Shown: piece after piece, positions 42,201 to 50,714 of the stretch | Position numbering within the stretch: position 1 is the stretch's first letter | Layout of the letters: the number at the start of each line of letters is the position of its first letter | Source of the DNA: Perna viridis | Lineage: Eukaryota | Assembly (NCBI GenBank): GCA_037379345.1 | Contig: CM074512.1 | Coordinates: 48,691,597-48,755,596 of the forward strand | DNA: 64,000 nt | Reading direction: 5' to 3' | Program-made: the position numbers and the translations under genes | Notes under the pieces: model-generated | Told to the model about the DNA's origin: nothing | What the model saw: the letters and a program-made list of their open reading frames with translations, nothing else | Database searches by the model: none

Positions 42201-43316
42201 ATTACCATTGGGACAGGAAAAAACATGGTCATAACTTTCCAGTTCAGTTTTGAAGTTTACTCTGGAAAGTAGTTTTATTTTATTCAATTGGGAATTTATA
42301 TTGTCTCATTAAATTCTTGGTTTGGTATAATTGAACCTCTTTCTCACTCTCCAAAAGTGAATTTTGTTATAAAATCCTAGAAGAATCTAAGCTACAGTCG
42401 AATCTCGATGTGTCAAAACTCGAATGAGCCGAAATCTTGAATAACTCTAACTAATTTGACAATCCCAGAAAAATTCCCTTACTCCAATACATTTTTACCT
42501 TTGATGACTTGAACTTGGATGAATCAAAATCTGAATAAATTGGGGTTATCAATATGTCCCGTCGATATGTCTTTGAGGTTGATTAACTCAGATGTCTTGA
42601 AGTGGACAAATTAGTAGGAAAACTGATTGCTTTTTTACAAATGATGACCAAAGTATGTTTTTACAACATTTAGCTTGGCTTATATAATTACTTGTTGACT
42701 TTTTTATGGCATGATTGGTGTATTTGAGTAATACAAAAAGATTGTGTATTAAAAAGAAATGTATTTGAGTAATCACACTATCTGAAAAAATTATAGTAAA
42801 TTTGGGAATGATAACTGATGTATTTTTATGACAACATTCATTTTGCAAGTAAATTTGAAATTTAATTGTTGTAATATGACGGTACTTTCCATATTGAGTT
42901 ATTCAAAGAAAACCGTTTTGTGGATTTGACATTTTTGGTGTAGAAAAATAATTAGAGTAAAAATTATCTTTGGAAACATTAAAGAAGACACCACGAAGTA
43001 CCCTCATAAAATGAAGAACATGAATACATGTATGTACAAGCAATACAACAAGTGTTAGTCATTAACAAGGCAGAAACAATCACTGACCAATACATTTTCA
43101 GATTATACATTACCTTGGATGACTCAAATCTCGGATAACAAAATTTTGTATAGACAATATTTGTTATCCAATCAGAAAGCTTATTACTTTTGAAATTTAA
43201 TAATAATCAAATATTTGTCTTTTTGAATCAGATGGATGGAAGTTATCAACAGTGCAACTAACAGTGCTAGGAGAATTAGACTTTTTAGTAGATTGGATAG
43301 TCAGCAGGCATCGTAG
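116..43316 (+). CDS. FARP2: FERM, ARHGEF and pleckstrin domain-containing protein (FARP1/FARP2, Cdep orthologue), 5'-partial spliced gene. Exons: 116-271, 3298-3458, 5971-6045, 9046-9335, 27366-27606, 28408-28651, 29363-29452, 30323-30453, 31083-31170, 32274-32460, 33182-33232, 35395-35453, 35861-35932, 36986-37054, 37307-37396, 38898-38983, 39490-39599, 40237-40385, 41394-41501, 41954-42105, 43232-43316
   Basis: All junctions are GT-AG and phase-compatible, giving 2694 nt (897 aa + stop) of continuous frame. Recognised motifs: FERM-C ([26 protein letters not shown]; [12 protein letters not shown]), FA ([15 protein letters not shown]), DH ([22 protein letters not shown]; [24 protein letters not shown]), PH1 ([25 protein letters not shown]), PH2 ([31 protein letters not shown]; [20 protein letters not shown]). 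Likely a single invertebrate co-orthologue of FARP1/FARP2, so the symbol is nominal. Confidence 0.95.
3298..3458 (+). CDS. FARP2: FARP exon (FERM C-lobe end / FA start)
   Basis: tacag|GGA...AG|gtaaga; [53 protein letters not shown]. Confidence 0.95.
3684..4116. mobile_element. MITE with ~35-bp terminal inverted repeats and TAA target-site duplication (PIF/Harbinger-type)
   Basis: Left end taa|GGCCAAATAAAATTATACCTGTTTCCTGTTAC; right end GTAACAGGAAACACAGATATAATTGCATTTGACC|taa. Related ends near 1015-1225, 23380-23425 and 59200-59270. Confidence 0.7.
3893..4087. repeat. 48-bp tandem repeat x4 inside the MITE
   Basis: Unit AACTTGAAAATAAGTCAGTCAAAAGGTCAAGTCATGAGTCGGTGAGGT starts at 3893, 3941, 3989, 4037. 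Confidence 0.9.
4564..4947. mobile_element. MITE, TTAA-flanked (Kolobok/piggyBac-type), copy 1
   Basis: ttaa|GTAGCA...AAGAATCATACAAA and TTTGCATGATTCTTATATGGAGTGCTAC|ttaa; colinear with the copy at 20466-20864. Confidence 0.75.
5971..6045 (+). CDS. FARP2: FARP exon (FERM-adjacent domain)
   Basis: ttcag|A...AG|gtatgc; (R)[24 protein letters not shown]. Confidence 0.93.
8313..8597. mobile_element. Palindromic MITE, copy 1
   Basis: AACTTCAAGGAATGGAGTTGGTCTT ... AAGACCAACTTTATACCCTTAGGTTAA; homologous to 36534-36774. Confidence 0.65.
9046..9335 (+). CDS. FARP2: FARP exon 4, short form (Ser/Thr-rich linker) used by the full-length GEF isoform
   Basis: Acceptor ttctag|G at 9045/9046 is in phase with the previous exon. 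Internal donor GGAG|gtgagg at 9335/9336 is phase 1, matching the phase-1 acceptor at 27366. Confidence 0.7.
9046..11992 (+). CDS. FARP2: FARP giant alternative terminal exon (981 aa, low-complexity, predicted disordered); gives a FERM-FA isoform without DH-PH
   Basis: 2947-nt stop-free frame in very AT-rich DNA, starting exactly at an in-phase splice acceptor and ending at TAA 11990-11992 (ORF 9113..11992 plus 22 upstream codons). Ser/Glu/Asp-rich, one coiled-coil-like segment, no transposon motifs. Confidence 0.85.
14135..14520 (+). repeat. Tandemly amplified, degenerate ~55-65-bp copies of the GGAGCACCTGAGTT repeat motif
   Basis: CTTACCCTTCTGGAGCACCTGAGTTTAC...TTCATGCTGCTCA recurs about 6 times; I recall this motif as an abundant mussel repeat. 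Confidence 0.65.
14522..14620. repeat. ~18-bp minisatellite x5
   Basis: CCTGCTTTGACAGTACCC unit. Confidence 0.85.
15867..15990. repeat. ~38-42-bp tandem repeat x3
   Basis: TATACAAAAACCTGAAAACCTGTCCAAACC repeated. Confidence 0.85.
20466..20864. mobile_element. MITE, TTAA-flanked, copy 2
   Basis: Near-perfect TIRs GTAGTACTCCAGCTAAGACTCATGCAAA / TTTGCATGATTCTTAGCTGGAGTACTAC, TTAA on both sides. Confidence 0.8.
24958..25092. repeat. 33-bp minisatellite x4
   Basis: CACTAGTGTGATTGATCATATATGTTTGTTGGA unit. Confidence 0.9.
27366..27606 (+). CDS. FARP2: FARP exon (linker, PPPY motif)
   Basis: tttcag|AT ATG CCT...AAT AG|gtagag; (D)[14 protein letters not shown]...FVAHVN; phase 2 end matches the next exon. 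Confidence 0.8.
28408..28651 (+). CDS. FARP2: FARP exon (poly-proline linker)
   Basis: ttgcag|A...AAG|gtattt; [31 protein letters not shown]...DDHKRKAK. Confidence 0.88.
29363..29452 (+). CDS. FARP2: FARP exon (DH domain start)
   Basis: tttcag|AGA...ATT|gtaagg; [30 protein letters not shown]. Confidence 0.95.
29634..29814. mobile_element. TA-flanked Tc1/mariner-type MITE
   Basis: TACAGTGAAAGTATTATTGTTTGTGGGGTACCAATTTT ... AAAATTTGTACCCACAAATAAAAACTTTCACAGTA; second copy at about 34001-34193. Confidence 0.7.
30141..30335 (+). repeat. 38-40-bp tandem repeat x5 spanning a FARP 3' splice site
   Basis: GAAATAAAATGTCATTGTATATTGA(C/T)AG unit; the last copy is the functional acceptor at 30322. Confidence 0.9.
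30323..30453 (+). CDS. FARP2: FARP exon (DH)
   Basis: tgatag|TGG...TG|gtaaga; [43 protein letters not shown]. Confidence 0.92.
30510..30720. mobile_element. Partial, inverted third copy of the TTAA MITE family
   Basis: ttaa|GTAGCACTCCAGCTAAGAATCATGCAAAATGTG followed by the reverse complement of the family interior. Confidence 0.7.
30730..30910 (+). mobile_element. Decayed SINE remnant, V-SINE (RUDI-like) central domain
   Basis: CAAAGACTGTAAAATTAGTAGTCACTGCTTCTCTGACAAGAACACAGTATTAAGG...TTGGCTCAGAGTCAG resembles the recalled molluscan V-domain SINE consensus. Confidence 0.55.
31083..31170 (+). CDS. FARP2: FARP exon (DH)
   Basis: ttacag|G...AAT|gtaagt; (W)[29 protein letters not shown]. Confidence 0.92.
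31854..32106. mobile_element. MITE with 26-bp TIRs and internal CATATG(ATAAT) micro-repeats
   Basis: TACATAGCCAAATGTGCCACATATGA ... TCATGTGTGGCACATTTGCCTGTGTA. Confidence 0.75.
32274..32460 (+). CDS. FARP2: FARP exon (DH)
   Basis: ttacag|ATG...A|gtaagt; ...[33 protein letters not shown]. Confidence 0.95.
33182..33232 (+). CDS. FARP2: FARP exon (DH)
   Basis: ttgtag|GA...G|gtaagt; (R)[16 protein letters not shown]. Confidence 0.9.
34001..34193. mobile_element. TA-flanked Tc1/mariner-type MITE (same family as 29634-29814)
   Basis: TACTGTGAAAGTACT...TACCAATTTTCGTGG ... AAAATTGGTACCCCACGAACAATAGTACTTTTACAGTA. Confidence 0.7.
34225..35260 (+). mobile_element. Helentron-associated (HINE/DINE-1-like) non-autonomous element with internal tandem core repeats
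   Basis: T-run then ATACCCCC, short palindrome, GTCTGTCC, then several degenerate copies of GATTATTATGAAACTTATTGGGGTGTTAGATTACCATATT, ending in GGGGTATT plus a weak hairpin. Confidence 0.6.
35395..35453 (+). CDS. FARP2: FARP exon (DH end)
   Basis: tttcag|CG...GAG|gtatgg; (A)[19 protein letters not shown]. Confidence 0.88.
35861..35932 (+). CDS. FARP2: FARP exon (DH-PH junction)
   Basis: tttcag|GAA...CGG|gtgggt; [24 protein letters not shown]. Confidence 0.93.
36534..36774. mobile_element. Palindromic MITE, copy 2
   Basis: GTTAACTTTAGGGAATGGAGTT ... AACTCTATTCCCTGAAGTTAAC. Confidence 0.65.
36986..37054 (+). CDS. FARP2: FARP exon (PH1)
   Basis: ttacag|AAA...TTG|gtaggt; [23 protein letters not shown]. 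Confidence 0.95.
37307..37396 (+). CDS. FARP2: FARP exon (PH1)
   Basis: tttcag|TTC...ATA|gtaagt; [30 protein letters not shown]. Confidence 0.95.
38216..38292. repeat. Exact 39-bp tandem duplication
   Basis: CTTAGCATGAAAGATCTGAAAAGATTTCACAACCCTT twice. Confidence 0.9.
38898..38983 (+). CDS. FARP2: FARP exon (PH1)
   Basis: ttacag|GTT...AG|gtatgt; [28 protein letters not shown]. Confidence 0.93.
39490..39599 (+). CDS. FARP2: FARP exon (PH1 C-terminal helix)
   Basis: ttccag|T...A|gtaagt; (S)[36 protein letters not shown]. Confidence 0.93.
40237..40385 (+). CDS. FARP2: FARP exon (inter-PH linker)
   Basis: aaacag|GT...AGG|gtatgt; contains the FARP-typical [18 protein letters not shown]. Confidence 0.9.
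40358..40660 (+). repeat. 60-bp tandem repeat x5 spanning a FARP 5' splice site
   Basis: TCTTAGAGACCATGATAAATCTGTCAGG|GTATGTAACCAAATACTGAAAAGGATTGTAGA unit, period exactly 60. Confidence 0.95.
41394..41501 (+). CDS. FARP2: FARP exon (PH2)
   Basis: tttcag|AAC...CAG|gtaggt; [36 protein letters not shown]. Confidence 0.96.
41954..42105 (+). CDS. FARP2: FARP exon (PH2)
   Basis: ttacag|GAT...AG|gtaata; [50 protein letters not shown]. Confidence 0.96.
43232..43316 (+). CDS. FARP2: FARP last coding exon
   Basis: aatcag|A TGG ATG GAA...TAG; (R)[27 protein letters not shown]. Confidence 0.93.
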
Positions 43317-46300
43317 TGGTTGCTCAAGTCATTGTAATACAAAACTTTCAGATGGTTGTTTCACTAACATAAACGGAATTCTCTCTTCCTATGCAGACTT
43401 CTTCAAGTATACAGACATATTCAGAAAAAAAAATTGTGTGCTAAAATTTCAATGCTATAATGTGAAAGATGAAATTTTTAGTTTGAAATACAGTGAAACC
43501 AGTCTATACTGAATCCATTTTGAACTGTAGAATTTGTTTGGTGAATTCGTGTGATCAGCTTACACAGGTTGAAAGTACTTTAAAACAGATTTTAAAATGT
43601 GTCTATTTTCGAGAGGTTTTTGGATTGTTCATGGTACAGTTAAGACCAGTTTGTTTCACTGCATTTGAGTTATTGTACTTGTAAGTTGCATTTGCAGATA
43701 TTGTAGTTGTCTTGGGACTTGATGGCATTTGTTATTTTTAGAGTAAGTAACGTTCATGTGTAAAAACAACAAGAAAATTTAAATGATACAAAATCCTGTT
43801 GTACTAGTTAGCTAAGATGTTGTTTCTCTATTGTTAGAAAGTTATCCATGGTAGAACAATCAAATGACTTTAAAAAAAAAACCACGATTATATATTGAAA
43901 TGTACATCATTATTTTGTCACTTCACATCAGACCACTGCTATACAAATCTGTAAATCACCTGTTTTTCTTGTCTCCATGTTTGATTGGTACAATGACGCA
44001 GAACAGGAATGTCTAATAATAACTTTGTACGAGGACATGTAATGGGTGCTAAGTTAATGAAGGGTTACTCTTGAATTTAGGAACATTGAGCGTTACTGCT
44101 GTCATATACATTTTCTTTAGCAAAAACGCTGAGACGAAATCTATCAAATTTGAGTTCCATTAATATACGGTTGTAGGCTTTTTCAAGAGAACATATTTGC
44201 ATGCATAGTTTTTTGTGGATTTAGAAATTATCAGTATTTCTTATTGTTAAAAATCAATTTTGTGAGTACTATATGTCATGTTTATTTGACCAATATGAAA
44301 ATATCAATATATTTGCAGTAACTGTCCTACCAAGTCAACAAGTTTTGGGTTTAATTGAACTTGTATTTTAAAAAAATAGTAATATCTAAGTTGAAAAGTA
44401 TGTCACTTGGGCCATTGTCTTTTGGTTTTTTTTAATCAATTACCTGAACTTGGTGACAAGAAATGATCTGTTTTACAGATTTATATACATTGATTGGCTA
44501 CATAAGTGCAAGTGCCTTAGATTATCAAAACAATTAGTATTATTTATTGTTTTCACCATTTTAAAGTTTGTTGAATGGCTTACATTGCTTAGTATCATGT
44601 TTTTTGCTGCAGCATGGTTGTTTTTTACCCTCTTCAGTTTTCGAATTATATTGTTTTTTCGTGAAGAACTTCACCCACAGAGCTGCTAATAATCAAATTT
44701 ATTACAGGTATTTGTGATACATGTATAGTATTCACAGGTGTCAGTCATTTCAAATGGTACATGTGTAGGACAACAATTCCTATTATTTCAAAAATGAAGC
44801 CTCCTTCAACTGAATGATTCATGATTAAAACTATTTTGTTCTTTAGAAGTCAAAAGGTCACTTGAAGACAATTCCTCGTCTATTGGGAGATAGATGTAAT
44901 GACTTAATTTGGATATTACTTATTCTGCAAATCTTATGGTTAACTTTTTGCCATTGTTTTACTCTTTTTAAAATTGACATTGAGTATTTAAATGCGTCTA
45001 TTTACATCTTGTGTTCACAATAGTTAATATTTTGGGAAAATTTGAACAGCCATTATTTTCCAGAGTTATCCATAGTAATTTCATTCTGTTATAATATCAT
45101 TAAGTAATCCTTGGTTGATCAGAACCTTTGTTACCTTCAATTTAATGATTTTAGTCTTTTTATTTGGCAGAGGTGTTTACTTGTATGTATTTTCTACGAA
45201 TTTTGACTGTAAATTACACTCTATGGTTCATGAATATCTCAATAGTACCTATTTTAAAATTTCACTATGTTTGAGATTTTACAAATCATTTCCATAGAGA
45301 ATTTTGAGTAGTACAGACTGGTTATCAAGTAGTATAAACAGGTCTGAAATTTAGGCATGCACAAAGAGTCAAGGATAAAAAATTTACAATTTTATCTTTT
45401 TCAGCATTTGCAATAAAGGGAGGATACCTGATAATTTTTTTCTGTAACTTTGTATTTATTTTTCTATGGTATGTCTCTATGTTTTTGTTTGTTACTTTAA
45501 GAAATACATATTGGTAATTAATATCTATATAGAGTAATGAATTGCAATTAGGATAAACAAATTAATTTTCTGAAGGAATTTTTATCACCATTTTTGTTCC
45601 ATTGGGTTTGCAATAATCTTGCATTCAATGGGTAACTTTTGAAAAAGACTTTTTTTCTTCAAATATTTTAGATCTTAATTTCTTAATTATTTTATTTGGA
45701 AGACATTTTTATAGCTTTTCCTGTAAAATAGAATATAAGTTGTTAATTTCATTTACAAGTGTATCGATGGAAGTCATTATTTTTTATACATACAATTTGA
45801 TCGTTGTTGATTTTCAAGAACTGCATTTATTTTAGCACACCTTATACATAAATAATTCCAATTTCACATTTTATGCTTTAGCAAGATTTTATGTTTATTT
45901 TATACACAGTTATCATGTCCACATATTTTATTAGAGGATGATTTTTATATGTAAATTGGATTCATTTTATGCGAGATTTTGTCTATTTGGAGTATGTTTA
46001 CACTTTATAGTGGAATAACTCACATTTATAGAATGTTGTTTAGCAGCATGGTTTAGTTATGTCAATAGTATTGATTTATAATAAAACAAAGGTACATAAA
46101 TAGCAGATGTTTTAAGTAGTAGAAGTCAATCAGTTTCTTAAAAGTTAATGTATTTTTTAATTGGGCCTATTGGAACATTTCTTAGTCAATTGCCTTGGAT
46201 ATTTTAACCCTACAATAAGTTCTGCACTACCAATAGCAATGCATGTTGTAAGTAGTAACAGTTTTACATTGTCTATCTTCAGTAGACATTTCTATTTAAC

Positions 46301-48459
46301 AACTAATATACACGTCAGGTATGCTAACACAATGAACCAGAGTAACACAACAAACATGAAGCTGTTTTGGAAGACAACTAATGCAGCTCTATAGAGTCAG
46401 TGTTATTCTAGTTCCGGTGGACTTGGGACATATCAAACTCCACAGTTTGTTGTATCTAGATAAACATTAACCCTATAAGGACATTTGTTATGATTCTCAG
46501 GTTCTTTGTGTTAGGATACCCATGTTAGCCGAGAGATTGGTGATGTAGTATAGGTAACATATCAGTCATTATAAAATATAAACATACTTAAAGCTTAAAT
46601 ACCTCAGTAATCACGATAAAACAATGAAATACCCATTACATTATGTACATACGATTATTAGTGGCATAATTACTTGATAAGCAATAAAAAATTTCTCTCT
46701 GAGGAAAATTAAGTTATATTTCAGTGGTGTAAATTTTTATTGTGTTATTAAACCACTTTTCATGTTGAGTATTGCAAATTGAAAATTATTTAGTCTTGCT
46801 ATAGTATCTCTTTTCAAATTACTCTAAAGCATTTATTAAGGTGCACTTGATTTAGAATTTGGAATTTCAGTAATAAAAAAAATACCATCATGTTGGCATA
46901 TCACCCCCTTGGTGGGTTGGATTAAGACCATGCCACTTTATTTTGGTTTGGAACTGTACCATAGTTTTGATCTTTTAACATGTATGAATATCTATAAATA
47001 CTTTTTGTATTATAGAATTGTAGAATTAAAGATAAAAACAGTACTTGACTGCTGTTTTCTAGGAGTGCTGCACATGTGCATTATATTTGCATAATTTTAA
47101 CATAAGAGTGGACAAGAGATTGAGTCTGTAAAATTTAATTTCTATCTACTACTAGAGGAAAATTAATCTATTTTTACATCCAACTACTGATCCTTTTTTT
47201 ATAATTCTTTAAAGTTATATCATACTTTATATTTCTATATTTATGTATTATATTTAACTCATATGTCCCAATTAGAAGATTTTGAAGAAAAGAGGTGAAA
47301 TTTTCCTTTACCCACTCCTTGAGTTTAGAGAATGTTTTTTTTTTTTTTTATTTCTCATATATATTTTAATAATTGTAAATGGTTGAAAAAACGTAATTGG
47401 TTGTTCTTTATCTGATTTTTAAGAACATGTATTTTTCTTTTGCTCAATGAATAAATATAAATGTACTGTATGCTATTTATGACTTTAATATAATTTTAAT
47501 TAGATAGGCATTATTCAAAGTTTAACAGAAGATTGAAATGGTAAGAATTTTATTTGATGTGAGAAACCAGTCTAGAATGTATATTCGTGTACCAAAATGT
47601 TAACTGTATATAAAGGATAATTTATAGAAGTGTTTACTATGCTGGATTAACCGGTAATGTGTTAAAACATTTTGAAGACATACTACGTTGAAACGATTTC
47701 AAATAGTTGTTAGCTGATATTATGTTGTAATACATGTACCAAATGCATTTCGGGTGATGTGTCTCAGCTAAAATGTATTCAAAACACTTAGTCTGAATTT
47801 CCTCTGATTCTTACAATGTAAACCTCCTCTTTTATTTGGATATTGTAACAATAGGTTAGAGAATCCAACCAACATATTTATATAAAATATCAAAGTAATA
47901 AAAGAGAGGATTGCAAGGTCAGAGGAAATTAAGACTGTCAATACACATTACCAAATTATAGTCAGCTGAATAGAAGTGTTTTCGAAATATTTCTAAAAGA
48001 CAGTTTCAATTTGTGTTAAAATATGGTATGATTCCAACATTATATTTTCTTGATATTTCCAGTGTCACGGTTTCTTTGAATAGCATAACTCAATAGGGAT
48101 AATTTTATGTCTACTTCAGATGTACATGTGTTTTGTGTAACTCCTTCCTTTCACCTTTTTTTGGCTTTAAAAGTGGTTATAAGGTTTATTTTAATGCCAA
48201 AGAGACATTTAAATAAAAAAATTTCACAGCAATTTTAACAAGTGAAAAATTTTGATATCCAAGTGTGATTTATAAATGATTAGAACAGAAATAAGGTTTT
48301 TTCCTCATTAAGGATAACATTTAGCCCCATAACTGAGAAAATGTTTGCTGGTTCAATTAAAATAATTTTGAATAGATTGCTACACAATTCAATAATTCAA
48401 TTTTAGAGAAAATTTTGAGTGTATTTGAATTTTTTTTTACAAGTATAGCCTGAATTTAT

Positions 48460-48600
48460 CTATATTCTGTGACCTAGATAAAACACTGCTATATCACTTC
48501 CTAGGAGCAGTACCTACAGACAGACATAGCTGGTTTTGGCTATATTCTGTGACCTAGATAAAACACTGCTATGTCACTTCCTAGGAGCAGTACAGATAGG
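48460..48600. repeat. 80-bp-period tandem duplication
   Basis: CTATATTCTGTGACCTAGATAAAACACTGCTAT.TCACTTCCTAGGAGCAGTAC at 48460 and 48540. Confidence 0.9.
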
Positions 48601-49307
48601 CATGGGTTTGGTTCACCATATTAACTGTGTTAATGGCTTGAATGACATTCTATGTTTTAATTATCACTGAAATTAAAATTAATTATGATTGAAATTTATT
48701 TCATTTTGTGTTCAAACAATAAAGGTGGATATTCACTGTCCTATTTTATCTAATGCTGTGTCTTATATCTTCTATGAAATTGTGATGGTACCTTCATTAT
48801 GAAATATGAACTACATTTCAGAATTAATACTTCAGACTGAATTTTTTTTCCACTGTAACTATTGATTATTAACTCTACAGAGAAACACTGTCAGAATATT
48901 GGTAGTAGATAGAAGATTTATTTTTTGGTGCTTACTAATGTATATAGAGATCATACCATTGTACATTGTCATTAATAAAAATACATTGTCAGATTGGTAT
49001 ATACCTTTCTTTGTTAATTTGTTATATACAGACAACAACTGGAAATCAGAAGTTAACAAAATTTGAAGTAATTATTCAAATGGTTACAGTAAAAACATGA
49101 TTAAAAAAAAACAAAAATCCACAATACAGGGAAAGAATTCATTCCTGTATACAAGGCACTGGGAAAAGTAGCTCTACATTTTTGTTAAACCTGTGGGGTT
49201 GTATACAGCTGCACTCGGCAAAGCATTATGTTGTCTATTGGGGAAAAAGATAATTGACCTTTTTGGAAGTATTTTATTTTATATCATCTTGCATAATAAG
49301 TGCATTT

Positions 49308-49500
49308 TAAGGAATATTTAAGGAAAAATGTGTAGGGGGTTGGACATCATCTTTTAAAAATTGTATGGATGGGGATATTTCTAGGCATACATAGTAATAC
49401 TTAGTTATAAACATTTAATTTTAATTTGATGGGTGGTGGGGTATTACATAAATGTGCTGTCCAACCCACCCATACACTTTTTTCCTGGAATACTCCTTTA
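49308..49500. mobile_element. MITE with imperfect ~40-bp TIRs
   Basis: AAGGAATATTTAAGGAAAAATGTGTAGGGGGTTGGACA ... TGTCCAACCCACCCATACACTTTTTTCCTGGAATACTCCTT. Confidence 0.6.
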
Positions 49501-50714
49501 CAAATAAAGCGAAGAAGTTATAATATTTTTTTTCTCAATGAAATGTAAGGCACATTAATATAATATTACAAATTACAAATATATGCAAAAGCCACATTAA
49601 AATCATTAAATAAAATACTGAATTACTTAATATCTAATTCATTCATTATCTTTAAAAAAACAACTATAACAGTAAATGAATACCCACAATAATGCAGTCA
49701 GTTGGGGATGGAATTGACCAGTAAAACTAAAGTAGGGATAGCTTATTATGACCAGTATGATCGGAAACCAAAAAGACTGACCAAAATTGACTGACAAATT
49801 TCTGGAGCTTTGAAACTGGAGCATAATAAAAACAAAATTGTAGAATCTCACACAGAAACAGTTGAGCACAACTGACTTAAACACATGAATTTTTCTATAA
49901 ATTTGATAAAAGAGTTATAAATGAATGAATAAAACAATAAAAAAGTGCAGTATTGTAATATTGACTTCAAAAATGACTGTTGAATGCACTGCTTATATTA
50001 TCAATGTTTTCCAGCAATAACTTTGGTATACAAAATAATGACAAGTACTGAAGGCAACAGTTACTCACAGGGTAAAACCAATTATGATAAAACTTAACTA
50101 TGAAATTAAAGTCATGCCCAAAATATATCTGAAAAGGAACTTCCGGAAAACTCCAATTTTGTCTGATAAACAGAAAGTTATTTGGGGATTGTATTGAGTG
50201 TCTCATACACACTGCAACTTCACTGTTTACCAAACACCATGATTGATTGATTGTTGGGGTTTAACGTACCATGAAATAATATTTAGAGTGGCAGTGGTAT
50301 CTATCCTATGGACATATTTACCCGGATTGTCTTCACATATTTATTAAACATTATAATATGTCCTTTTTCATGTATCTGATTAAAATGAATAAATACATGT
50401 ATTATTTAAGGAATGACTTATATTTTTCAATCAATGAAGAAATAATCTGAAACATGTGGTACACACTTAATAACCTGCAAAAGTGTGCACCACGGGAATT
50501 GAGGTTATTTCAAACAGCAGTCATTCCTTATTATAAAATTCAACAAGTAAACCATTAAAAAGATTGATGACGACAGTAATATACAAAATTTGGTCTATGA
50601 GATGATGGACAAATTTTTTTATCCAATCAGAAAGTCAAATTATTTTCAAAGTCATATATAAAAATATAGTCGTGTAGTCCATTTAACTGTATCAATACTA
50701 AACTCTGCATAGTT

